A stretch of 64,000 bases of DNA from Heterodontus francisci (Eukaryota), in the NCBI RefSeq assembly GCF_036365525.1, contig NC_090404.1, positions 11,932,550-11,996,549 on the forward strand, given 5' to 3'. Numbering within the stretch: position 1 is the first letter of the stretch; every line of letters starts with the position of its first letter. The notes under the pieces are model-generated. The model saw only the letters and a program-made list of their open reading frames with translations, was not told where the DNA came from and made no database searches. The position numbers and the translations under genes are program-made. Positions 36,831 to 49,331 of the stretch are shown here, piece by piece.

Positions 36831-39819
36831 ATTATCAGTAAGGAACATGGGGAGCACATGATGTCTGGTATAGAGTTCCACGGAAACTAACAATGTTCTC
36901 AATAGTTGACCCTTCTAGTCTGATATCTAATAGTAAGCTCAGATCAGTTTAGAAAACCTAACTTGTCTCAGAATCTCTTTTCAACTCGTTCCCCACACAA
37001 AGTAAAAGAAAGAAAATTAGTGATCCAATAATAGTAGCAGTTAAGGTAGATAAAATATACGAATCGCAGTTCAGAGACAAGTTTTAAATGGTAGAAGTTA
37101 CGTTTAAAATATCCCACCATTTATTAGACAGGCGGGAATCAGGAGAAAATCTACACCCTTTGTACGTGTTGCAGTACCTAGGAGTTGGAATCTGCAATGT
37201 TTCATATTGATTTGAACGCGCTTCCTTCAGCATTTATTTCTTGACTATTAAAATAAAATAATTCCGTGTATATAGTTATCTGAATTAAAGTGTATAATGC
37301 TAATAGTAATAATAATCAGTTTGTGGCATAAATATTCATACAGACAGAGGTAATTTGAGAATTCAGTGAGTTCCCAAGTGGCACGGGAACTCCGTTTTCC
37401 CCAAACACTCCATCAACCATTACAAACTGGACATTGCTTTCAGTATAAATTCACAAAAACTTCATTCTCACCTCTCAACTTGATGCTCAGTAATATTCTC
37501 TCCTCCACTTATTATTTAACATTTCAAACATTATGTAAACTGTAAACAACCCTGTTACCTCAAGTTTGCAGTTTCGAAATAAAAAATAAATTTTTATTTC
37601 TGATTAAAATTGGGAATGTGTTGGGATTTTGTGAAATTAACTACCATCCGCTTTCACCCCCCCCCCCCCCCCCCCCATAGATTAATCTCGGCTCAGAGTT
37701 GAAGAGATTTGTAGCTAAGAATATAACTCTGCAAACGCTTTCGCAAGCCTGGGAGTAACACGGTTCCTGTAGAGAGGCGGAGTTCTGTAATTTCCAACAG
37801 GGACAATATTATTGAAGTAATTTCCTCGCACATGTATTGTCGGGTCCTGTACAGATAAATGCTGAAATTAAACAAACGGTGCCCACAAACGATAAATCCG
37901 TTTGTCCCTGTCAATTTGAAAATCTTTTACACTTCTCTGGATTAAGTTTCATCCACCATAATGTTTTGTATATTCTCATATACGGTAGTTAAAAAAAATC
38001 AAGGCTACCGTTAATGTTCTTCTTTCACTTGTGTTCTGTAGCCCCGGATGTCTTGACAGCTCACTTGCCTGAAACACGCCTCACCAGAAACGAAGGCCTC
38101 TATTCCCTTGTCTGGGCAGAATTTTAACACCGAGTCCCAGAGAGTGAAATGATTGCTTCGGACCCATTGCAAGGACACGATTCCCCCACCAGAGTGAATA
38201 GACACCAATCGCTTTAGACTTTTACAAAATCCAACGAATGCGAATATCGAGCGAGAAACACGCCAGCCCTCTGATTATTCCATGCTGAAGAACAAATCGG
38301 AGGCCGCCGTGGCCGGTCGCTGGTAAATTAAAGCATCGATTGCTGAATTGAACAACGACACAGATGGATTTCCAGACAATTGATATTACTCTGATTTCAA
38401 AAATCAATATCCTGAAGTACGATGCATCTAATTTGGACATTCACCTTTTTAATTCTCATGTGGCTATTTTGATTTAAGAAGACTGGATCGGAAAATAAAG
38501 CTTTTAAGAGTGTTGCATGCTTGTCTTGTATTAACAATGGTCACTGGCGAGAACGGGATATCCCAAATAGAGCAGGCGAGTCCGCAACTCGCCCCAACAC
38601 TGAAACCAACACCATCTCTCACTGCCCACTGGTGGCTACTACCCGGAACTACAAGGCGCAGCTTTACAGCACTTAGCCTTCCAGACTCAACATTGAGTTC
38701 AACAATTTCAGATCACAACCTCTGGCCCCACTTCTTTTCTTTTTTTTTTGATTTTGGACGGCAGCTGGAAGTGATCATTCTACTTTTCACATGTATCCCT
38801 CCTCTAGACCCACCTTTTGTTTCTCTACTAGTCCTGTTACCACACCTTTCCCCTTATACCAACATCCCTTTTGTTATTCAATGTCTCCTACCTTCCACCC
38901 TATGACAGACCTTCCCTCTTGTTATTTGCCCCCTCCCCACCTTTACCTTCTTCTGCACTTGCTTAAATCCAGTTACATCTGTATTTTTTTTCCAGTTCTG
39001 ATGAAAGTTTACTTACTTGAAACGTTAACTCTGTTTCTCTCTCCAAATACGCTACTTATCTGCTGACGATTTCCACATATCTTAAACTAGGCACAGTTCC
39101 CGCCTTGTTTCGATTCATAAAATCATTTGGAATGATGGAGATAATTCGGCCTATTTTGTCTCAACCAGCTGGAGATGTCCTAACTTCGTCCCGAGATCGG
39201 GCTTCAAGCATTTTATTAAAATTGTCAAGGGTTTATTTCTCTTCCATACTATTCGGATTTTTTTAAACGCACATTATCACTTTCTATGTGTAAGAAGAAT
39301 TTCTCGATTTTGTCCTACAATTCCCTTTTATACTTTGAACCCGTGTCCCCAGTTTGACTGAACAGTTCAATTTGAAGTAATATTGCTGGCTATGCTTTCA
39401 ATATATGAATTATCTGATAATTATCCAGATTTCATTGTCGTCAGGCACTGCGCTAGCGTGCTGACTGAATCACTTACACATGCTCCAGTAGCGGGTCACA
39501 AGGACTGGGTTCTGTTGCCTTGGGTGGATACTTTCAAAGAGAAGGGGGAGGTATCGCTGTGATGGAAAGTGACCGCAGCGCGACAATCCCTCACAGACGT
39601 ATCTACATATGATAACACTGCCTGTAGCAGGCCCTCCCACAGCTTCCATTTGCAGCTCTCGCTCTGAGCCGCCTTTACCTGGCCTGTGCTACTGGCGAGA
39701 TCGCTGCCGCTATTCCCTGACTGGCACTGGTTGGATCAGCAGTGCAGTGGCGCGGAATCTGAAATTCTGCTCCGACACAGGATTTTCCGCATTGCAGGCT
39801 TATAGATTCAGGGAGCATC

Positions 39820-40425
39820 ATGTAGAGCAGAGTCTCACTATTCCTCATAACAATATCAACTTGTCAGTAAGTATTTTCCCAGTAAAAATCCATTTTCCCG
39901 CTGACTGCTGTAACCTACACATGATTGTTTGTCAAAGGATGATGCTATCGATTAAAGTTGATCAAACTCAATGCATATTCACTCCCTTTGCCGGCAAGTT
40001 TTGAATCTGAACTTTAACCATCCGTGCCTTTGATCCTTTCCTGTTTGAACATGTTTTCCGGATCTGAGTTATGGAGGTCCTGGCACTCAGCCGCTGTCAC
40101 TCAGCCACTGTCCTCAGGTGTTAAGGCAGCAGGAGAAGCGGTGACTTTAAACTGTAGCTATAATGGGGCGGCAGCTACAATTAGTACTGGTACCGCAACA
40201 ACCTGGCGCACAGCCTGAATTTATTTTGATGAAATACACAAGTGGTTCTGAAGATAAAGCAGATTTTTGCCAAACCCCCCTTTTCTGCACAACAGCTTTC
40301 CCAACAGTTTGGGAAAGTTCACCAGTTTAACCATCGCAGGTCTGCAGCTGACCGACACTGCAGTTTATGACTGTGTCCTCAGGCTGACACTGGTGAGGCC
40401 AGTTAAATCCTCGTCTGGAAACTCC
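39820..40425 (+). pseudogene. TRAV/TRDV pseudogene V1, same family as V8
   Basis: V exon from 40062 (acceptor mutated to CGG): VTQP..GEAVTLNCSY, WYR, FTSLTIAGLQLTDTAVYDC with frameshifts; decayed RSS; putative leader 39820-39866 with stop at codon 2. Confidence 0.85.
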
Positions 40426-40617
40426 CGCCGCTTTACAGATCAGAAGCTCTGTCAGCTGAACCGGTCCTCAAGGCGGTCAGGTGTGAAGACCGAAGCAAAA
40501 TCTGTCATTTTCTAATGTTGGATTTTAACATCAGCCACTTCTTTCTTTAAGCAGTGCACGTTACCCTGAGCAGCCTGCTTTCTCTGAACTTAGTTTGAAA
40601 AGGTTTATAAGTGCTCG

Positions 40618-40632
40618 CCACCAGAGGGCAGT
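40618..40632 (+). promoter_or_regulatory. CTCF motif, forward
   Basis: CCACCAGAGGGCAGT matches the CTCF core consensus. Confidence 0.7.
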
Positions 40633-41088
40633 AGGAGGCTGTGTTATGAAAACAGAAAAGGCTGGAAATACGCAGCAGGACAGGCAGCATCTGTGGAGAA
40701 AGGGAGTTAAAGTTTCAGGTCGAGGCCTTTCGTCCGATCTCTGTCACCATTCAGACTGAGGGGATTGACGTGGGGTCGAGTTTGATTAACCTCATGCCGT
40801 GAGTCTCCCAAATGGTAAGATTAACCGAAATGCAGAGAACGAACTGACCCGGAATAAACAAAACCCCTGAACAATCCTGTGCTTGTCAGTTACAATAACC
40901 AGCCATGGGTTTAATTGTCAGCACCTCTTCTCTAAATGTGGAACCATGTCCCCTATAAGGACACTGACTGTAGCCCAGCTCAGGCTTTGTTTCCATTCAC
41001 TGGCAGCCAGCTCACTATCTGTTGTTTATTGCTATTGTTTATCGGCGTGAGAGCACCTTCTGGTGAGCTCGATCTGGAAGTCTCAGTG

Positions 41089-41170
41089 GGTTCTTGTCCG
41101 GGATCCGCAATATCCCAGCAGTGTGAGGCTCATGATACAGAAATACACGGCGGTGTTGGAGATCCTCTGC
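41089..41170 (-). pseudogene. Inverted V 3'-end remnant with RSS
   Basis: ISNTAVYFCIMS, then CACACTG (41119-41125), 21 bp, ACAAGAACC (41089-41097); paralogous to 36577-36710. Confidence 0.75.
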
Positions 41171-41767
41171 TCAAAATATAAAATTCTTCCAACCTCTCTC
41201 TCTCTCTGTTATAATAATGATATTCTGAAATGACGCCCTTGAGATACCCACTGAGCCACCTGTCTGATTAACTCTGTTCCTTTTTAAACTTTTCCAAACC
41301 TTCTCTGGTTGGGAGCCCGACTGTCAGGCCATTTGTTAACATTTCCTGCTATGGTGAAATGATCTTACCCCGGTTCATCTTTCTCAATCTCTCCCGCATC
41401 CTGTTTTTGACTTTAAGATTCCAGAAAACTGCTCCAAATTTTCGAACTGTGGCCTGAACAATGAATTGTGCAGATTTATTATCGTGTCTATGTGTTCCGT
41501 TTCCGTGCACCTGTTTATAAACCTTGTATTCTTTAACTCTTCCATAATATCAGCAGTTTGTTCTCCAATGTTTGCACCGGAACCCCATTTTTCCTCCTCC
41601 TTTGCTCATTTAAATTAATATTTACGTTATATTTTCTTTCGTTATTCGTCCACTTTACATTTACCATGACGGTTTGGTTGTATGAGGCACAGCACCATTA
41701 ACTCTGTTGTACTTCTCACGGTTTCTGATGGTTCTTTACCTGTGTGAATATTCCGGATGGGGCAGGC

Positions 41768-41781
41768 GCGCCACCTAGTGG
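41768..41781 (-). promoter_or_regulatory. CTCF motif, reverse
   Basis: Reverse complement reads CCACTAGGTGGCGC. Confidence 0.7.
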
Positions 41782-42858
41782 TGTATTCGGGTAAACTTAG
41801 TTTGTTGAATGTTCCAAATTGATGTTCAGTCCCTAAAATATTATGCTCTTTCTATTTATTTATTTAATATTTACTTCGGAGGGATTTTATGGGATAAATT
41901 AGCCCACCACGGATGTAAGTATTGTGGACGCTTCCATTTGTATTTATTTGATTTGAAGTGACATTAAATAATAAAAAAGACACGCCATAAATAGTTGCAC
42001 AATTAAAAAAATGCGTTCATTATCGGGACTTGGGCGAGGCCGGAAAATCTGGGACTTACAGTCCATCTTTAATTGAACCCCACGAACGTCTGGGCTTCCC
42101 ATGTGACCCGCCATATTTGATGCATCCCACTGAAATCACGTTCCACATTGGCAGGGAATGCAGTGGAGAAATCATCAGATCTAATCGAATGTTTAACATG
42201 GAGGTAACAAGGACACAAGTCAGACGGAATCCTGATCGAACAGTGCAGAGCTCTGGTCGGAACACACCGTGGATCTAGCCGCCAAGTCACAATAGAGACA
42301 TTCAAGCATGACGTTACAGCAGGGGTGATTCAGGAGGCTGGTTCTTTAGCTTGAGTTGTCTGAGATGAAAGGAAAGAAATAAAAGTGTCTTTTTGGACTG
42401 GTGCCAGCTGATTGTTGGCCGCACAAAGAGTGATCAATAATTCGGAAAAACGATGACTGAGGTCACTCTACTGGCTTTGTGAGGTAAATTGCGCTCTCAA
42501 AGTTTCTGCAGTTTATCTAATAAAACAACACCATCTTGAGTGTTCATTGACCGTATTTATCTGTCTCATGTGCGTGTGTGTGTATATGGTTATCGGTGCC
42601 TGTCTGTGACTGCTCGTATTTTCAAAGCTCTGTGTGAGGTTTGTACTGTCCACAGGAGGGCGCTCTCTGATCAATTGATAAAGATCATGATCTCCAGCTA
42701 CCGGAAGTGGCTGCTTTGAGAGCAACAAATGGTCGGGGAGAAGAAATCCCAGCCGATCTGATGAGATCTCGGCGCTGTTTGAGTTTTTCCCATTACAGAT
42801 CATTACAGGCAAAGGGAGTGTTCACAGGCTCTGTTTCTGGAGTTCAGACTGGAACCAT

Positions 42859-43816
42859 AGAACATAGAACATAGAACATACAGCACAGAACAGGCCCTTC
42901 GGCCCACAATGTTGTGCCGATCCTTTGTCCTCTGTCAAGGACAATTTAATCTATACCCCATCATTCTCCTTTATCCATATACCTATCCAAAAGCCTTTTG
43001 AAAGTCCCTAAAGTTTCTGACTCAACAACTTCCCCGGGCATGGCATTCCATGCCTCGACCACTCTCTGGGTAAAGAACCTTCCCCTGACATCCCCCTTAT
43101 ATCTCCCACCCTTCACCTTAAATTTATGACCCCTTGTAACGCTTTGCTCCACCCGGGGAAAAAGTTTCTGACTGTCTACCCTATCTATTCCCCTGATCAT
43201 CTTATAAACCTCTATCATGTCACCCCTCATCCTTCTCCTTTCTAATGAGAAGAGGCCTAGAATGTTCAGCCTTTCCTCGTAAGACTTATTCTCCATTCCA
43301 GGCAACATCCTGGTAAATCTCCTCTGCACCCTCTCCAAGGCTTCCACATCCTTCCTAAAATGAGGCGACCAGAACTGCACACAGTACTCCAAATGAGGCC
43401 TTACCAAGGTCCTGTACAGCTGCATCATCACCTCACGGCTCTTAAATTCAATCCCTCTGCTAATGAACGCTAACACCCCATATGCCTTCTTCACAGCCCT
43501 ATCCACTTGAGTTGCAACTTTCAATGATCTATGCACATAGACCCCAAGGTCTCTCTGCTCCTCCACATGCCCAAGAACCCTACCGTTAACCCAGTATTTT
43601 GCATTCATGTTTGTCCTTCCAAAATGGACGACCTCACACTTTTCAGGGTTAAACTCCATCTGCCACTTTTCAGCCCAGCACTGCAACCTATCCAAGTCCC
43701 TTTGCAGACGACAATAGCCCTCCTCGGTATCCACAACTCCACCAACCTTTGTATCATCTGCAAATTTACTGACCCACCCTTCGACTTCCTCATCCAAGTC
43801 GTTAATAAAAATCACA
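42859..43816 (-). mobile_element. Young 5'-truncated CR1-type LINE inserted at the V2 start codon
   Basis: Uninterrupted 284-aa RT C-terminus 42961..43815, (CATAGAA)n tail, AACCAT duplicated at 42853-42858 and 43817-43822. Confidence 0.93.
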
Positions 43817-43820
43817 AACC

Positions 43821-44304
43821 ATGGGGGTGAAACTCTTCCTGACTCTGATTATTGTCCGGATCACAGGTCAGTGATAGTGGGTCCTTCCTACAATGTTCCC
43901 TAGTCCTCAAACAATTTCACATCACCACCTCCGGGTGATTATCCTGCTTCTGTTATTCTGTCTAATGCGCCGTGTTGCTGCTGTTTATTTTCAGAGTCAA
44001 GTCAAAGAGACTCAGTATTCCAGTCAGAACAAGAAGCCGGATTAGAAGAGGGTGCAGATGCATCAATAAACTGCAGTTATTCTTTAGTGGATTCAGCTGT
44101 AAACCATGGCCTATTCTGGTATCGCCAGTATCCCGAGCAAACCCCTCAGTATATGCTCAGAGCCGATAGTTATGGGTATAATGAGACGGCTCCCGGTTTT
44201 GAACACTTCAGCGCGAAGCTCAACCAGAAACAAAGCACTTTTCACCTGTCCATGAAAGACTTGAAGAGCACAGACAGCGCAGTGTATTACTGTGCTCTGA
44301 GACT
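43821..44304 (+). CDS. TRAV: TCR alpha/delta variable segment V2 (leader 43821-43866, V exon 43995-44304), open
   Basis: Leader MGVKLFLTLIIVRIT with phase-1 GT; exon DSVFQ..INCSY..LFWYRQYP..DSAVYYCALR; C23, W41 and C104 present. Confidence 0.92.
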
Positions 44305-44343
44305 CACAGTGAATGAGAGTGCCTTGGGCCTCGTACAAAAATA
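44305..44343 (+). other. 23-bp-spacer recombination signal sequence of V2
   Basis: CACAGTG, 23 bp, ACAAAAATA. Confidence 0.95.
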
Positions 44344-44510
44344 AGGTACTGCTCGGCATTTAGGATGGTGATGGGGATGTGAGAGAGGGGGCGCCGTGCG
44401 TAATAAATAAATAATAAATAAATACCAGGGATTGACCCCCCCCCCCCCCCCGAGAGTTTGTACAGAAAATGAGAGAGAATATACACCCTGATCCGATTGG
44501 GTTTTTCCAG

Positions 44511-44790
44511 GTGAAGCCATTGCTGTCAGTGCTGGGAGAAGTGACATTTCTCAATCATTTTAAGCCAGGGTCAAATTCAAATATTTTCACACTCAGTGTC
44601 AGTTCAGACATGCAGATTTCTGGGATGACTAATAGAATCATTTTCTGCAAGTTCCCAAATCAGTTCTCTGCTGTCTTTGACCAAGAAACGAAAACGATTC
44701 CTTCAAAAGTCGCTGAGACTCATGCCTCTGACTCTGCCGTGTATCACGGTGCCCACAGTGTTACACGGGCAGTTAGTCCGTACAAAACAA
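44511..44790 (+). pseudogene. V pseudogene remnant V3 with RSS
   Basis: FPNQFSAVFDQETKTIPSKVAETHASDSAVYHGA, then CACAGTG (44754-44760), 21 bp, ACAAAACAA. Confidence 0.75.
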
Positions 44791-45278
44791 AAACAGAAGT
44801 GCTCTCGTACCCGCGCTCTCTCAATGGGGCGAAAACCTAACCACAAAGATCAGTTTTGACAAATGGCATATTTTTGCGCGACAGAATCTATATCATTCTG
44901 TGTAATTATGCCCCTTAATATAGGCTGTGGGTGGCTCTCAGGTCCTTGAGCAGCTCTTATTATGGGAGCCTCCATCACTGATACCAGAACAACATTCATT
45001 ATTTTCCCTCATTGTCACCATCTCAGACTGACCCTGTTAAAGGGCCAACATTGGGGTTAATCCCAACAAAGGAGCGAAGAGCTGATTCGATAAATTGGTG
45101 AACAAAGGAACTGTGAGCTGATTGGATGAATTGGAGAACAAAGGAGATTTGAGGTAACCTGCTAACTCTTGCAGGAATGAACCAATCGTGAGACCCGATG
45201 TTGCTCAACATCTTCCGAACTCCTGAAGTAAGTAATTACAGCTTCAACCCGTTCTGTTCAAATCCGCCATCTGCAAAC

Positions 45279-45805
45279 ATGTTGGTTGTTACTTTGTATT
45301 CATTCTTCACAGCTGCAGCGCTCCTAACTGGTAAAGTTTACAACTTACACTATTTTCCTTTCGCAGGTGTCACTGCCATAGTAAATCTTCCTTTTAACTG
45401 TATTTTACCTCTATTTGCGACGGATCCCGACACATTAATATAAGTTATAACAAAGTGACAACAGAAGCTTAAAGTTCTGTATTTCTAAATTTCTGCAGGT
45501 GTTAGTGGTGCAGACTCGATCTCACAGGGGCCGGTTTCAGCGATGCAGTTTGAAGGAGACTCGGTGACCATTAGTTACAGCTATTCGGCTACTGCTGGCA
45601 CATATTCCTTACAACTGTACCGTCAGGACCGGGATAAAGCCCCCACATTCCTCATCTACATCCCTAACTACGGAGATGTTTCCAGAGCAAAGGGGGTGGG
45701 GGATCGATTTTCTGCATCTCTCGACACTTCGAAGAGTGAGGGGAATTTCACCATCCGCGACTTGCGGCTGTCTGACAGCGCGATGTATTACTGCGGGCTG
45801 AAAGA
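45279..45805 (+). CDS. TRAV: TCR alpha/delta variable segment V4 (leader 45279-45330, V exon 45499-45805), open but lacking Cys23 and Trp41
   Basis: Leader MLVVTLYSFFTAAALLT; exon ADSISQ..VTISYSY..LQLYRQ..DSAMYYCGLK; canonical GT/AG. Confidence 0.9.
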
Positions 45806-45844
45806 CACAGTGACAGGAACCAGAGGGAGCCTCGTACAAAAACA
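45806..45844 (+). other. 23-RSS of V4
   Basis: CACAGTG, 23 bp, ACAAAAACA. Confidence 0.95.
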
Positions 45845-46301
45845 CTGCCTCAATGTAACAAGGTGAACGGAGCACGGAAAAAGAGGGGTGAAACATCGAG
45901 GGTCAGTGTTTACCACAGGAGAGTGTTAGTGTAAAAACAGCCAAAGCAGTAGCTGCCCAAAAAAGCAAGAGAACACAGGAATAACGTTTATTATTAATAA
46001 AAAAAATCTTCATACTAATTTCATAATGAGATGCTAATTGGACTGTTCTTCCCATCTCTGTTTATTTAATGAACAACTTAAATTTCAAATTTAGTGAAAC
46101 AAGTATCAAACAAATTCTGTACCAGAGTCGCATTCAGACCTGGCGCTCCAGTCAGCAGGAAATGAACTGAAAGGAGAAGGGTTACATTCAGTAAATATTT
46201 AATAGCCCAGAACAATGACGTCTCCTCTGAACTGTGACGCCGTGAGACTCAGGTCCCAAACTTTAGCGATGCCTATGGTGCTGTCTGTACCCGTTGAGAA
46301 T

Positions 46302-46515
46302 GCTTACTGAGAAGAGATGATGAGGGGCGGTGCGAGACTGTTCCGCATGATGCGGGAAATTCTCTATCGGAGCAGAAATACAGATCCCCGCCCACTGCAT
46401 TATTGATCCAACCAATGCGAAACGGACCAGCGGCAACAATCTCTCCAGTGACACAACGCAGGCATTGCGGGTCAGAGCGAGAACAGCAAACGGAAGCTGT
46501 GGGCGGGGCTACCGC
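46302..46515 (-). pseudogene. Inverted orphan V promoter and leader-like exon
   Basis: Reverse-complement homolog of 39625-39872; ATG 46348 to donor GTAAGC 46302-46307; no V exon follows. Confidence 0.6.
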
Positions 46516-46808
46516 AGAAAGAAACTGAGTGAACTCAAAACTCTGTGCAAGGACAGAAAGTGCGTGGAAATGGCGATGGCTGGATCTCGAGAGGCATGTG
46601 GCTCAACTGCGACTGTTCACTGATCAAAGGATTGGGAACAAATAGAGTGGGAGTGAAAAGAAGGGATTGTACAGCATCAGAAACAATGAGACCACTTCAC
46701 CATTATTAATGTAGCTTTTAGAGACACAATATGTGGCAGATATGTTTGTAAATATCATGCAAACACTAAATCCCCTCAATGATTCTAAATCGGTTTGAAC
46801 ACAGCCCA

Positions 46809-46824
46809 CCAGCAGAGGGCGCCA
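46809..46824 (+). promoter_or_regulatory. CTCF motif, forward
   Basis: CCAGCAGAGGGCGCCA; duplicate at 49324-49338. Confidence 0.7.
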
Positions 46825-47024
46825 GGTTCAAACATGATAGTTCTCAAGTCACGAGATGGGAGCTTCAACGCCAACAGGGACCGTAGCCTGAGTGATGTCA
46901 CAGCGGGGATGCCCCCTGTCGTGGGTGGGACAATGTGCTGAACAGGCCCCGGGTAACTTCGCTCCCCTTCCCGATCTCTGGTTCATTCCATTCCAATGGA
47001 CTGCGTGGGATTCAGATGGCATTT

Positions 47025-48045
47025 TAAAAAATTCTTTCATGGGCTGTGGGCGTCGCTGGCAAGGACAGCATTTGTTACCCTTGAGAGGTGGTAGTGAGCT
47101 GCCTCCTTGAACGGCTGGTGCAGGTACACTCACAGTGGTGTGAGGGAGGGAGTTCCAGGATTTTGATCCAGCGACAGCGAAGGGACGGAAATATATTTCC
47201 AAGTCAGGATGGTGTGTGACTTGGAGGGGAACTTGCAGGTGGTGGTGATCCGATGTATCTGCTCTCCTTTTTCTAAATGGGAGAGGTCGCGGGTTTGGAA
47301 GGTGCTGTTGAAGGATGTGTGGTGAGATGATGCAGTGCATCTTGTGTATGGTACACACTGCTGCCACTGTGCGTTGGTGGTGGAAGGAGTGAATGTTTAT
47401 TGTGGTGGATGGCATGCTGATCAAGTGGGCGGCTTTGTTCCGGATGGTGTCGAGCCTCCTCAGAGTTATGAGAGCTACACTCATCCAGGCCTGTGGAGAG
47501 TTTTCCACCATGTCCCTGACATGTGTTTTGTAGTTGATGGACAAGCTTTGGGAAGTCAAGAGGTGAGTTATCCGCCGCAGAATTCCCAGCCTCTGACCTG
47601 CTCTTGTAGCCACAGTTTTATGTGGCTGGTCCAGTTCAGTTTCTGATCAAAGGTAACCCCCAGGATGTTGATAGTGGGGGATTCAGCGATGGTAATGCTG
47701 TTGAATGTCAATGGGGGATGGTTAGATTCTCTCTTGTTTGAGATGGTCATTGTCTGGCACTTGTGTGGTACGAATGTTACTTGCCACTTATCAGCCCAAG
47801 CCTGAATGTTGTCCAGGTCCTGTTGCATATGGACACGGATTGCTTCAGTATCGGAGGAGTTGCATATTGTACTGAACATCGTACAATATTCAGCGAACAT
47901 CCCCACTTCTGACCTAATGATGGAGGGAAGATCATTGATGAAGAAGCTGAAGATGGTTGGGCCTAGGATACTAACCTGAGGAACTCTTGCAGCAATATTC
48001 TGGAGCTGAGACGATTGCCCTCCACAACCACAACCAGCTTATTTT
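47025..48045 (-). mobile_element. CR1/L2-group LINE 3' fragment
   Basis: QQDLDNIQAWADKWQVTF, HHQRTVAAVCTIHK. Confidence 0.88.
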
Positions 48046-48311
48046 GTTGCATATTATTCATAATGTCGGACAGTAAGAACTGGGTTAAATTGGACAACAG
48101 AGGTTAGCAGATTGATGCCAAGGGTTTCTGCAGGAACATAGCACAATTATCGATCAGAAGTGTCCTATAGATGAACAGCTGGGTAGATGAGAGTTTACAC
48201 ACATTCACACATATAGACTTAAGTTTAAGTCCGTCCTATTTAATCGCCTGTGCCTTTGTTCCCCTATCTTCACGGGAGGGCTTTGTGTAGACATACTAAC
48301 TCCATTTTCAG

Positions 48312-48658
48312 TGAATATTCCGTGTCGGCGGCGAGGGCGGGGATGGAGCGGTATGGGGGTGGGGGTGGGTATTGGGAGTCGAGGGAGGAAGGTTCAGTGC
48401 CGTTCGATTGCGAATATTAACCCCCGTTATAAATAACATGCAATGATATCGGCAGAAACCGCCACAGCCTCCATGCTAGATAATTAGCAAAGTAGCAACA
48501 CTGATGCGAGACAAAATCTCAGGAAATTATCTGACGGCGATTGACAGGTCTAAAAAGAACACTTACTTCAATATAAGCACTCTAAGTGTGGAGGACGGAG
48601 CATCCATTACTGTGTATGGGTGCACAGCATCAAATAAAACAAAGGTCTCATAAAAAAC
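48312..48658 (+). pseudogene. V pseudogene V5, heavily decayed
   Basis: Acceptor TTTTCAG; FDCEY, *YRQKPPQPP, IDRSKKNTYFNISTLSVEDGA.HYCVW; CACAGCA (48623-48629), 20 bp, ATAAAAAAC. Confidence 0.7.
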
Positions 48659-49331
48659 ATCAGTGACTATTTACCTCTGCATTGGGCCTGCAAGTTAACA
48701 GGCCTTTGGTGAGTTGTTATCGGAGAGGCGAGGCACCTGTCTCCGTCTATTTACCAATCAGCTGCTGATGATCTGCACTCCACAACTGAACTCAAACGAT
48801 CGGGAATATTATCTTGATGCGAAATAGCCCGCGTGAGGCCATGTTACCGGGACCCCCATCAATCGGTCACTATTTATAGTTACAAGCGTAATTTTACAGC
48901 GTCCTTCTTTCTTTATGTTTTTTTTCATTGTTTAAATAATTATATCATGTATATATAATGCACACACAGTATATATATAACAGAGATTGACCACCACACA
49001 GACCAGCGCACATACAGACAGAACACTTCGAGCAATTCCCAGCGACTAAACTTTAACATTATCTCCCTCTGCATTAGTGAGGCGTAAATTCTTCCACGAC
49101 GCTTCCTCTGCGCCCACTTTAAAATAATCTTAAATATGTACTTTGCGATTAACTTGTTAGAAAAAAATAAAGAGTTAACAATTTCACTGGAATTCTTCAT
49201 TGTAACATTTGTGATGTTGCTGCAAACAAAGCGACCACAACAATATGTGGCAGATATGATATGTAAATATCATGCAAACACTAAATCCGCTCAATGATTC
49301 TAAATCGGTTTGAACACAGCCCACCAGCAGA

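Noticed and set aside
37693-37914. Possible third inverted V relic (FSIYLYR..LEITELRLS) with a 12-spacer RSS-like CAGAGTT-12-ACAAATCTC
   Set aside because: No YYC, heptamer lacks CAC and nonamer is 6/9; too weak to call without a profile search.
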